From the IMG/VR virus record IMGVR_UViG_2526164632_000028: a stretch of DNA of 15,265 bases, one strand, 5' to 3'. Source of the DNA: a virus. Taxonomy: Duplodnaviria > Heunggongvirae > Uroviricota > Caudoviricetes. The stretch's first letter is position 1. Every line of letters begins with the position of its first letter. The notes below the pieces were generated by a model. The model made no database searches, had not been told where the DNA came from, and saw only the letters and a program-made list of their open reading frames with translations. The translations under genes were made by a program, and so were the position numbers. Positions 1 through 7,352 of the stretch are shown piece after piece.

Positions 1-1119
1 TTAAATAACCAACTTAACCCATTCCTGACCTCGAGTATCGTTATAGCGATCGGTGGTTGCCTGGACTTTATGTCCTAGTAATGTTTTTGTATCGATACCC
101 TGTGCACGGTACAGCCGTTCTGATAGAGAGCGTTGTTCATGAAATGTTGGCGGAGTTTTTCCTGCTGGTGGAATTATCCCAGCCAGATCCCGTGCTTTGG
201 CAAAGTAGTCGCTCAGGTTGTCTTTACTCATCGGCTTCGGTTGTTTCTGGTGCCGACTATGGATTAGATATGGACTTAATATTCTGTCTCGGCACCCATC
301 AATAACTTCTTTTAACGTTATCCCAATGGCATCACAGCGTAGTGTAAGCGGTAACGCCAGACGCATTCTGGTTTTTCCCTGGGTGATATGCAAGTGTTCG
401 TTCCACACATCTGAAAAACGCATGTGGCAAATGTCATCACGGCGCTGACCAGTAACAATCGCAAGAAGCATTGCGTTACGGATAAAGTGTTTTTCAGGCG
501 TTGCATTGTAAATTTTTTGCCAGTCTTCCATGGTGAGCCTGGCTCTGGTTACTTTAGGGATCGGTTTACGGGTAGCCTCCGGAGGATTCCATCCAGGAGG
601 AACTTCCCCTGCATGCTGTGCTTCTTTATAAATATCAACCCATAATCCACGATTTACTCTCGCTGTGCTGACCATGTCTTTATCCAGCCACTCATCCAGT
701 ATTAATGCAAAGTCTCTTACTTCCAGTTCTTTCAATGGGTGGTTTCCCAGACGGGAAACCAGGTATGCAGCCATTCGAGTTTTTTCTTTGTGAGTTGTAG
801 CTGCAATATCTCCATTTTTCAGTCGCGTGTCCTGTATTTTCAGATATCGATCAACCCATGCCTTTAATCTGATACCCCGACGTTTTGTTGCTGACGGACT
901 TTCATCAATTTTGCGCATGAAATATTCAGCTTCTGCTGCAGCTATTCGCTGATTGGCTGTGGAAGCGATTTTTTCTGCCTTACCTTTGTCTGTTCCGAGT
1001 CCGTGAAATTTTCCAGTCACAGGATTTTTATACTGGTAGTAAACTCTGCCAGTTCTGCGATCAAACTTTTCGTAAAGACCGGCTACGTCAGTGCTGTTTT
1101 TTCGTGGCCTCGGTGACAT
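1..1119 (-). CDS. int: site-specific tyrosine integrase, lambda Int family
   Basis: 372-aa ORF with stop at 1-3. C-terminal region ...PPTFHEQRSLSERLY...LGHK...TDRYNDTRGQEW parallels the lambda Int catalytic region (HxxR, LGHK, catalytic Tyr). Start is overlapped by the upstream xis ORF, as in lambda. Confidence 0.9.
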   Translation of the reverse strand: MSPRPRKNSTDVAGLYEKFDRRTGRVYYQYKNPVTGKFHGLGTDKGKAEKIASTANQRIAAAEAEYFMRKIDESPSATKRRGIRLKAWVDRYLKIQDTRLKNGDIAATTHKEKTRMAAYLVSRLGNHPLKELEVRDFALILDEWLDKDMVSTARVNRGLWVDIYKEAQHAGEVPPGWNPPEATRKPIPKVTRARLTMEDWQKIYNATPEKHFIRNAMLLAIVTGQRRDDICHMRFSDVWNEHLHITQGKTRMRLALPLTLRCDAIGITLKEVIDGCRDRILSPYLIHSRHQKQPKPMSKDNLSDYFAKARDLAGIIPPAGKTPPTFHEQRSLSERLYRAQGIDTKTLLGHKVQATTDRYNDTRGQEWVKLVI

Positions 1120-1357
1120 GAGTTAAAATCTCCTTCAGTGCATCATCATCGCCAGTATGAATTTCCGGCGCAATTTCCGTTTCACCAGGCCCAACAAATA
1201 CTGCTCGGCGATCTATCAGCCAACGCCCACGAATTTTTTGTGGCCTTGGAACGATGTATCCTAGTTTTCCGTATTTCACCAGGGTAGTGTTTGTTATTGG
1301 GAGACTGAACCGTTTTGGTTTCCACTCGTCGAGCGTTATCAGGTACTGTTCGCTCAT
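1088..1357 (-). CDS. xis: putative excisionase (Xis-like)
   Basis: 89-aa ORF (MSEQYLITLDEWKPKRF...) directly upstream of int, overlapping the int start by 32 nt. ATG at 1357 with SD GGAG about 9 nt upstream; the tabulated ORF begins at a GTG 9 nt further up. Call is by position and size only. Confidence 0.55.
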   Translation of the reverse strand: MSEQYLITLDEWKPKRFSLPITNTTLVKYGKLGYIVPRPQKIRGRWLIDRRAVFVGPGETEIAPEIHTGDDDALKEILTHVTEATKKQH

Positions 1358-1418
1358 GGCTATCACTCCGGAACGCGCCAGTTGCAGAATATCAACGACA
1401 ACTGGCGACGGTTGAACA

Positions 1419-3890
1419 TTAAAAATCAGCCTGACTCGGGATCAGTTTTTGCCAGATAACTGAAACGTATTTTGCCTGGTAACGGGCGTCATCAAGTGCA
1501 TTATGGCGCTCACCTTCGAATGGAATAGCCGTTCTGGCATCGAAGTCTATGGCTTTCCCCAGCTCAACGATTGTGCGTACATCGCGATCGTTGTAGTAAC
1601 GCCACGGGCAGGGGATCCCCTGCCGTTCGTATGAACGGCGCAAAATCGTGTTGTCGAAGTTGGCTCCATTTCCCCAGACCTGAACAAAAAATTCACCGGA
1701 GTTTTCGTCGATAAATTCCCGCAATTGTAACAGTGCATCATCTAACGGGATTTCATCGGTCATAATGGCAGATTGCGCTTCGCGTGATTGCTTAAGCCAC
1801 CATTTAATGGTGTCCCGATCAATGACTCCGCCAGCAGTTTCCAGATCGATAGTCTTACTAAATTCCGGTCCCATATCTCCGGTTTGCGGATCGAAAAATA
1901 TTGCACCTATTGAGATAATCGGGGCATCGGGATTTTTTCCCATGGTTTCAAGGTCGATCATCAGATGAATCCCCGCTCTGCTGGTGGATGTGAGATTATG
2001 ATGACCGTTCGCCTTAATTAAGGGATCTGACGCCTCGCCAGTTTCACTATCGCTGGCATGATGCTGATTGCCGCCAGTGTTCTCCTTGTGCTGATGCGCA
2101 GTGCCTTCCATTTCCTCCGGATCATTTTCCTGAACTTCAGGCTGATTCTCTCCATCGAATATTTCCTGGTATGTTGCGTCACCCATCACCGCACCACAAT
2201 CAGGGCAGTTGCCGCCACCGCTCTGACCGCAGGCGGTGCAGATCTTTTCCGGTTCCTGTTGCACTACTGGTTCAGGTTGTTTCGTTTCTGGCTCGTTTTG
2301 TTGCGTATTTGGGCTGTTTTGTTCCGCTTTCTGGTCGTTCTGTTCCGTTTCTTGCTGGTTCTGGTTCACAGAATCGCGGGTCTGGATCCCCTTAACCCAT
2401 TTCGGATCATTCGGGTCGCTAATCCCTTCAACAAATTCACCACGTGATACTGCAAGCAGTTCATCGGCGTCAGGCTGGCTGATATTGGCTGCCTGCATAA
2501 TTTTGTTTACTTCGTCAGCGGTAACTTTTACTGACCCTGGTTGTGCGGTCGTGTCAGATGCACCAGTATTTTGTTGTGAACCTGAGTATGTACCGTTTTT
2601 GCGGGCGAAATATTCTTCTTTCGTGATTTCAGTAGCCCCAGCAGACAGCGCCTTATCCAGACCAGAAAGTTTGTTTGCGCGACCGTATTTTTCGCCATCC
2701 TTGTCGGTGAAGAGGAAGTAGAACGGCCCCTCACGCTCTACAGATGGTTCAGCTTCCGGCGCGGTTTCATTTTTTGGGATATCAGATACCTCAGTTTCCA
2801 CTGCATCAGTTTGTGTTTCTGATGACTGGAGAACATCAACAGTGCCCAGGTCTGTTTCTTCATTCTCAAACACGCCCTTTGTCGTCAGGTATTCGCAGAT
2901 ATATTTGTTCAGTGCTACGGGATCTTTGTGAATGTCGATCGAACGTTCACGGACAAGGCCAAAAATAGTCTGGCGGTCGTAGCGAAGGGCATCAGGCTGT
3001 TTGCGCATTGATGCCGAGATACGCTTCCAGTCTTCGCGGCCGTTGTCGATAACTTCATTTTTTGCCCAGCGATGGATGCTGCCGTCAATGTTTCCGGCAT
3101 CCACATCACCAGGCCAGAGAGCGTAGGCCAGTTCGTCATCCAGTGTTTTCCATGTCTGCTTGTATTCGCGATGAATGGCAGCAATGACCGGGCTGATTTT
3201 TCCTGTTGAATTTTCAGTGTACTGTTGATTGGCTCTGGCGCGGGCGAGATCAACAACAGACGTGTATTTTCCGGTTTCCTTGCGTTCGCCTTCGCGACGT
3301 TTTTTCCAGATGCGCATCTCTGCCTGAATTTCGGGCCATTTAGCACCAGGAATACATTTATGCTTAACCCACCCAATGGCGTGCAACTTAAGCTCCGGAT
3401 ACATGGCGTTAACTTCTGGCATTTTCATCAACGCTTCAACGATATGTCCGTCGAATGTTGCCATGTCTTCCTGCAACAATTCCTGTGCGCTAATAACCAT
3501 ATCAACGGTGATGTTTTCACATGTGTCGAACTTAACCATGACAGCGTTCTGTACTTCAGGGGCCAGCTTGTCAAAAGTGACGTTCATCGGATAGGATTCA
3601 GTCTCAACCGGGACAAAAGAAGCAGACTCCTCATCCCAGCGGTTTTCCTGCATATATTCAGCATCCCATGAATCGAGGGCAGGGCGGGGTATGCCAGGTT
3701 TATCCTCGCAGACAATAAATTTATAAGCGCAGTCCTGAGCTGCCGGATAATGTTCCAGGAATTGCCAGTGAAATTTTGCGCGGGCGCGACATTCATCACC
3801 GGCTTCAATGGCAGTGGCTACAGCGACTGCACCTTCTTCCTTTATTGCCTGTTCGTCCGGAATGGCGGCGCAAATAAAGACTTTACTCAT
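1419..3890 (-). CDS. large prophage exonuclease: N-terminal domain of unknown function, acidic Q/E/N-rich linker with zinc ribbon, C-terminal DnaQ-like DEDDh 3'-5' exonuclease domain
   Basis: 823-aa ORF. C-terminal motifs MIDLETMG (Exo I, D-x-E), WGNGANFD (Exo II) and HNALDDARY (Exo III, H-x4-D). Central CTACGQSGGGNCPDCG zinc-ribbon motif in a low-complexity acidic linker. Sits in the lambda exo / Rac recE position; the K-12 ydfE fragment downstream of ydfD may be a truncated homologue (inference). Confidence 0.85.
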   Translation of the reverse strand: MSKVFICAAIPDEQAIKEEGAVAVATAIEAGDECRARAKFHWQFLEHYPAAQDCAYKFIVCEDKPGIPRPALDSWDAEYMQENRWDEESASFVPVETESYPMNVTFDKLAPEVQNAVMVKFDTCENITVDMVISAQELLQEDMATFDGHIVEALMKMPEVNAMYPELKLHAIGWVKHKCIPGAKWPEIQAEMRIWKKRREGERKETGKYTSVVDLARARANQQYTENSTGKISPVIAAIHREYKQTWKTLDDELAYALWPGDVDAGNIDGSIHRWAKNEVIDNGREDWKRISASMRKQPDALRYDRQTIFGLVRERSIDIHKDPVALNKYICEYLTTKGVFENEETDLGTVDVLQSSETQTDAVETEVSDIPKNETAPEAEPSVEREGPFYFLFTDKDGEKYGRANKLSGLDKALSAGATEITKEEYFARKNGTYSGSQQNTGASDTTAQPGSVKVTADEVNKIMQAANISQPDADELLAVSRGEFVEGISDPNDPKWVKGIQTRDSVNQNQQETEQNDQKAEQNSPNTQQNEPETKQPEPVVQQEPEKICTACGQSGGGNCPDCGAVMGDATYQEIFDGENQPEVQENDPEEMEGTAHQHKENTGGNQHHASDSETGEASDPLIKANGHHNLTSTSRAGIHLMIDLETMGKNPDAPIISIGAIFFDPQTGDMGPEFSKTIDLETAGGVIDRDTIKWWLKQSREAQSAIMTDEIPLDDALLQLREFIDENSGEFFVQVWGNGANFDNTILRRSYERQGIPCPWRYYNDRDVRTIVELGKAIDFDARTAIPFEGERHNALDDARYQAKYVSVIWQKLIPSQADF

Positions 3891-3982
3891 TTTGTTTTAC
3901 CTCATTACAGATTTAAGGGTGAACAAATCCCTGCCATTGCTGGCATATAAGAATGAAATCGGATGTTTATTACGGAACTGTT

Positions 3983-4174
3983 TTAAAGACCTGCCGGGAT
4001 TTCGTTATTATCCTGGTGAATAACTTTATCGACCGGGTAACAGTTACCGGGAATTTTCTGTTCGGTTGCTGCAGTCACACACTCCTGCATTGTCCTGTGA
4101 ACACTGACTGCAATATCAACTGGCTCTCCGGAAACAAGAAAAACTGTCAGAACAAGTGCAAATGCTGTATTCAT
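3983..4174 (-). CDS. ydfD: YdfD-like small protein with N-terminal hydrophobic segment (lysis protein family of the dicB operon)
   Basis: 63-aa ORF MNTAFALVLTVFLVSGEPVDIAVSV...NNEIPAGL. Its ATG overlaps the dicB stop (ATGA). Size, position after dicB and sequence match my recollection of Qin YdfD. The tabulated ORF (to 4228) has an unlikely 18-aa extension. Confidence 0.7.
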   Translation of the reverse strand: MNTAFALVLTVFLVSGEPVDIAVSVHRTMQECVTAATEQKIPGNCYPVDKVIHQDNNEIPAGL

Positions 4175-4359
4175 TGCCAGCATCCTTTTTGTATCGGACG
4201 TAAACGGGCCAGCATTGAAAGAATGCATATTTTATTTAATAACTCCCGTTCGTGTTTTCTCTTGTTAATGGCATCTTCAGTAAATACAGGGTTACTGATA
4301 GTGACACCAATTTCAAAACAACCTTCAGACGTATTAACGTTTGGTAATAACGTTTCCAT
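4171..4359 (-). CDS. dicB: cell division inhibitor DicB
   Basis: 62-aa ORF METLLPNVNTSEGCFEIGVTISNPVFTEDAINKRKHERELLNKICILSMLARLRPIQKGCWQ, matching E. coli DicB as I remember it along nearly its whole length. SD GAGGA upstream of ATG at 4359. DicF-like sequence lies immediately upstream on the same strand. Confidence 0.85.
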   Translation of the reverse strand: METLLPNVNTSEGCFEIGVTISNPVFTEDAINKRKHERELLNKICILSMLARLRPIQKGCWQ

Positions 4360-4528
4360 TATCGCGTCCTCAACAATGAATTTTGTGATGCGGTGCCTGG
4401 TGCCTCCAGGTGACGTTAACCAGTTAACAATTAACGCCGGATACAGAGAATCCACCCATAACACTGTTTTTGGTTTTAACTGTTCCGCGTGCGCTCAGCC
4501 GCATTCACCACATCACAAAATTCACTTT

Positions 4529-4586
4529 AAAAAGGGCGGCAGAGCAGTCACGGAGTAAAACTGATACCGCCAAACGTCACCAGAAA
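4529..4586 (-). ncRNA. dicF: DicF small regulatory RNA (ftsZ-targeting sRNA processed from the dicB operon transcript)
   Basis: Minus-strand sequence TTTCTGGTGACGTTTGGCGGTATCAGTTTTACTCCGTGACTGCTCTGCCGCCCTTTTT matches my recollection of E. coli DicF, ending in a GC stem plus U-tract. Located just upstream of dicB as in Qin. Exact ends are uncertain by a few nt. Confidence 0.7.
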
Positions 4587-4920
4587 ATTGATAACAGAGG
4601 GCGTTGCAGCGGGGTTGTCACTTAAGCGTATGGTCAACCTGACAACCCGGTGTCCTCAACGGGGAAGGAATAACCCCGCCATACTTACCGCCGCGCCATT
4701 TCGCGGAGTGCCACAACCGGAAGCGCACGGTCGACGAAAATTTAACGACAGGCTATCTATGAACCAACAACTTCGCCGTGCGCTTTCGCGTTATGCCCTG
4801 ACTTTTCAGGGAGATATCCTTTCAGTAAACTGTCAGTGCCGGATGCTCACCCGTGTCCGGCGCACGCACTCCACCTCACCCGTGGAGAACTCCTTAATTA
4901 CTAACCCTCAGGAGGATGAA

Positions 4921-5196
4921 ATGGGGTTTGATGTCAATGAAACTCTTAACTCTCTTATACGGAAAATTAATGATTTTGATAAAACACTACAGCATGCTGC
5001 GGCGCGTAGTGATATAACATTGTTAGCAATTTCATACCTTGCATCTGCCATGAATAAAGATGAAACGGTACGAAAGAATCTCGTTGATTATATCGACTCG
5101 CTTCAGCCGGGCACTTTCAACCCTGAGAGCTTCAATCATGAGAAAGAGCATGTTAAATCTGTAATTAATTCTCTTGTTTTGAATCAAAAGAATTGA
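4921..5196 (+). CDS. hypothetical protein (92 aa), antisense to the dicB-operon spacer
   Basis: ATG at 4921 preceded by strong SD GGAGG with 5-nt spacing; protein-like sequence MGFDVNETLNSLIRKINDFDKTLQHAAARSD... The 3' end overlaps the convergent ydfB/C-like gene by 32 nt. No homology recognised; could be spurious. Confidence 0.35.
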   Translation: MGFDVNETLNSLIRKINDFDKTLQHAAARSDITLLAISYLASAMNKDETVRKNLVDYIDSLQPGTFNPESFNHEKEHVKSVINSLVLNQKN

Positions 5197-5506
5197 TGCT
5201 TCTTGTTACGAAGCAATTTTCAAGGGGTTCTATCCGAATCCCTTTCTTTTCCATTAACAAGCCAAACCCCTTATTAATGATGTCCATTAATTCCAGGAAG
5301 TATTTTTTATGTAAATCCTGGTTATCAGAGAGTTGCTTCTCTTCGTACAGACCGATAAAGGCACGACGCACGTTACCGGATATATTATCGATGGTTTCTT
5401 TTTCTACGGTACTCAGGTCAAGAGTCGCCAATTGAGAATGAACTATATTCGCTGCCATTTCCTGGAATGGCATTGGTAAATCTTTAAATTCCATCGTCAA
5501 CCTCAT
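5165..5506 (-). CDS. hypothetical protein of the dicB operon (position of K-12 ydfB-ydfC; possibly their intact fused form)
   Basis: 113-aa ORF MRLTMEFKDLPMPFQEMAANIVHSQ... Its start overlaps the upstream ydfA-like stop by 1 nt (TGATG coupling). 113 aa is close to the 42+72 aa of K-12 YdfB+YdfC (from memory, unverified). Confidence 0.65.
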   Translation of the reverse strand: MRLTMEFKDLPMPFQEMAANIVHSQLATLDLSTVEKETIDNISGNVRRAFIGLYEEKQLSDNQDLHKKYFLELMDIINKGFGLLMEKKGIRIEPLENCFVTRSINSFDSKQEN

Positions 5507-5658
5507 CAGTCAGTATTTCTGGCTAACCAGCGACGCGCGCCAGCTTCGGTTTTAAACGTTTTGCTTTTGGTATACGTCATCGCCGTGAACGTGCCGTCTT
5601 GGTTTGGAAACACGCCGTATACCAGAGACTCGTTGTTGCCAAGATCGATAGTATCCAT
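5506..5658 (-). CDS. ydfA: YdfA-like small protein, first gene of the leftward (pL-type) operon
   Basis: 50-aa ORF MDTIDLGNNESLVYGVFPNQDGTFTAMTYTKSKTFKTEAGARRWLARNTD with SD GAGG 9 nt upstream of ATG at 5658. The tabulated longer ORF (to 5736) lacks an RBS. Size and position match K-12 ydfA (from memory). Confidence 0.6.
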   Translation of the reverse strand: MDTIDLGNNESLVYGVFPNQDGTFTAMTYTKSKTFKTEAGARRWLARNTD

Positions 5659-5780
5659 GCTGACCTCATTTCCCCTTAACGCCGGGGTGGCGGAACAAAA
5701 ACCTGCTGCATAGTTAAAGTTGAACCCTGCCGTCATGTTCTTACGCCTCGGGCTGGCTACTTAACCCCTGACCACTGCCG

Positions 5781-5865
5781 GGTAACTCGAAGTATTTCCC
5801 TGCGTTCTGTGGGGCGGGGTGGGTTGGTATGTTGTTAAGGTAACAAGAGTTACCTTTCGAGTCAA
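5781..5865 (-). promoter_or_regulatory. putative leftward early promoter (pL-like) with repressor operator(s)
   Basis: Palindrome GGTAACaagaGTTACC at 5839-5854 and half-site GGTAAC at 5781-5786. On the minus strand, -35 TTGACT (5865-5860), 17-nt spacer, -10 TACCTT (5842-5837), with the operator overlapping spacer and -10. Same half-site as the two sites next to the repressor gene. Confidence 0.45.
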
Positions 5866-5895
5866 TACAATGTTGCAAAAGGTACATTTGAGGGC

Positions 5896-5920
5896 ATAAA
5901 AAACCCGCAATGAATGCGGG
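5896..5920 (-). terminator. rho-independent terminator downstream of the repressor gene
   Basis: Minus-strand hairpin CCCGCA-ttcat-TGCGGG (5920-5904) followed by TTTTTTAT, 8 nt after the repressor stop codon. Confidence 0.6.
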
Positions 5921-5927
5921 TTCTGAC

Positions 5928-6602
5928 TCAGTCTAAGTATTGATGTATTTGTGAAACTTTACCTTTAATGGTGTAACCACCATTCAGTTCGATGGGTTTG
6001 TAAAGCGGATTCAGTGACAACAAATAGATGTTTGGTCCGTCAATCGCAACTTTTTTTAGTGTTACGTTTGGCGTTCCTTCCAATTGGATTAAGATTATTT
6101 TTCCCACCAGTTCTCTAATGTTACTTGAGCATGGTGTGATCAGCACGGTAGATCCGTCGGGGATGGTTGGGAGGCCGTTAGAGTTTGTCATCGCATCTCC
6201 CTCAACATGCAATAAAAAAGAGTTTTCAGCGGTTTTTGTCATGACATCAACCCAGTTATTAATACCAGGAATCTTGGTTACTGGACAACTCATATCCCAA
6301 TAACCAGCCTGTTCCCACGTTAAAACGGGCAACCGGGCGATGTTGTCACTAATGTAAGGGTACTGATTCAGACGCAGATCATCGGTTTTATCGTGACAGT
6401 CCTTTCCATAAAGAATCCATTCAGGAGATTTGGAAAGCAATTTTGACAGTAGATACAAATTCTCACCGTCAGGTTTTGAAGAGCCATTTTCCCATTTTGT
6501 TACGGATACACGAGATATGCCGATTGCTTTCGCAACCTGCTGTTGGGTTAATCCAACGTCTTTTCGACGATTCCGAATACGTTCGCTGATAGTGTTTTTC
6601 AT
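5928..6602 (-). CDS. cI: prophage repressor, P22 C2 / lambda cI type (N-terminal XRE-type HTH, C-terminal S24 LexA-like domain) with Ala at the catalytic Ser position
   Basis: Start taken at ATG 6602 (MKNTISERIRNRRKDVGLTQQQVAKAIGISRVSVTKWENG..., P22 C2-like N-terminus). The tabulated ORF to 6701 begins with TTG and has no RBS. C-terminal domain aligns to the lambda cI S24 region (VEGDAMT vs VEGNSMT; VTLKKV vs FTFKKL). Ala-Gly (QAGY) is present in the linker. Confidence 0.85.
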   Translation of the reverse strand: MKNTISERIRNRRKDVGLTQQQVAKAIGISRVSVTKWENGSSKPDGENLYLLSKLLSKSPEWILYGKDCHDKTDDLRLNQYPYISDNIARLPVLTWEQAGYWDMSCPVTKIPGINNWVDVMTKTAENSFLLHVEGDAMTNSNGLPTIPDGSTVLITPCSSNIRELVGKIILIQLEGTPNVTLKKVAIDGPNIYLLSLNPLYKPIELNGGYTIKGKVSQIHQYLD

Positions 6603-6667
6603 GTAACCAATGTTACTACCAAGTGATGTTGCTATGGTTGACATTGTTATGTAACTATTGTTACCCT
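6603..6667. promoter_or_regulatory. immunity-region operators and divergent promoters (OR/pR/pRM-like)
   Basis: Two palindromes GTAAC-N4-GTTAC at 6603-6616 (abutting the cI start) and 6651-6664. Rightward -35 TTGACA at 6638-6643 with -10 TACCCT near 6662-6667 overlapping the second operator. A leaderless leftward cI transcript with -10 TAACAT (6615-6610) is possible. Confidence 0.45.
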
Positions 6668-6693
6668 TCTGCTCGAAATAACAGGAGAGTTTT

Positions 6694-6908
6694 ATGTTCA
6701 AAGATGATGTTCTGCGCTATTTCAAAAAAAGCGACTAGTAGCTGAGGCTCTTGGAATTTCACATGTGGCTGTTGTGCGGTGGAAAGCAGTTATTCCCAAA
6801 CTTCGCGCAATGGAACTGGATGAAATTACTAACGGTGAATTGAAATACAACCCAGAACTTTACAAGAAGCAGGATAGCACCTCGAACGAAGGAAAGAATG
6901 ATTCATGA
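6694..6908 (+). pseudogene. cro: cro/dicC-like HTH regulator interrupted by a frameshift at an A7 tract
   Basis: ATG 6694 with SD AGGAGAG; reading frame MFKDDVLRYFKKSD stops at 6736-6738. The -1 frame continues (KK)RLVAEALGISHVAVVRWKAVIPKLRAMELDEITNGELKYNPELYKKQDSTSNEGKNDS to TGA at 6906-6908, which overlaps the next gene ATG (ATGA). One extra A in the A7 run (6724-6730) restores a 72-aa Cro/DicC-like protein. Confidence 0.55.
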
Positions 6909-7330
6909 AAATCAAGCATGAACACATCCGCATGGCGATGAATGTCTGGGCGCATCCGGACGGCGAAAAAGTACCGGCTGCGAAAATTACCAAAGCGTAT
7001 TTCGAGCTGGGAATGACGTTCCCGGAACTGTATGACGACAGCCATCCGGAAGCCCTGGCCCGTAATACCCAGAAAATTTTCCGTTGGCTGGATAAAGACA
7101 CCCCTGATGCTGTTGAAAAAATGCAGGCTCTGTTACCGGCGATCGAAAAGGCGATGCCGCCTTTGCTGGTGGCCCGTATGCGCAGCCACAGTTCTGAATA
7201 TTACCGTGAGATCGTCGAACGGAGGGATCGGCTGGTGAAGGATGTCGATGATTTTGTTGCGTCAGCGGTTGTTTTGTATGACCAGATGAATCGCGGCGGC
7301 CCGGCAGGGAATGCTGTGGTGATGCACTAA
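6905..7330 (+). CDS. CII-like / YdaT-family early regulatory protein (putative)
   Basis: 141-aa ORF MKIKHEHIRMAMNVWAHPDGEKVPAAKITKAYFELGMTFPELYDD... in the lambda cII position between cro and the replication genes. N-terminus resembles Rac YdaT as I recall it (unverified). Confidence 0.55.
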   Translation: MKIKHEHIRMAMNVWAHPDGEKVPAAKITKAYFELGMTFPELYDDSHPEALARNTQKIFRWLDKDTPDAVEKMQALLPAIEKAMPPLLVARMRSHSSEYYREIVERRDRLVKDVDDFVASAVVLYDQMNRGGPAGNAVVMH

Positions 7331-7352
7331 AAGCACGGTGTTCGGGGGTTTT

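Noticed and set aside
2058-3671. Several plus-strand ORFs of 74-161 aa (2058-2447, 2236-2721, 3225-3671, 3376-3594) and minus-strand ORF 2915-3376
   Set aside because: All lie inside the 823-aa exonuclease gene, in other frames or on the opposite strand, and have low-complexity or hydrophobic repetitive translations; the long ORF with recognisable nuclease motifs explains the region.
4410-4432. Tandem GTTAAC motifs (GTTAACCAGTTAAC) between dicB and DicF
   Set aside because: A short palindromic restriction-site-like duplication with no further support; possibly part of the transcript processing region but not enough evidence to call a feature.
3953-4558. 201-aa plus-strand ORF
   Set aside because: It overlaps ydfD, dicB and DicF on the opposite strand, has no RBS, and its translation is Cys/Asn-rich and non-protein-like.
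4588-4920. N-terminal 111 codons of the tabulated 202-aa ORF 4588-5196
   Set aside because: Arg-rich low-complexity translation with no RBS at 4588; the downstream ATG 4921 has a strong SD, so only the 92-aa portion was kept, and even that at low confidence.
6603-6701. TTG-initiated N-terminal extension of the repressor ORF (tabulated start 6701)
   Set aside because: It would place 33 extra residues before the HTH, has no RBS, and would run through the operator and promoter region; ATG 6602 gives a P22 C2-like N-terminus.
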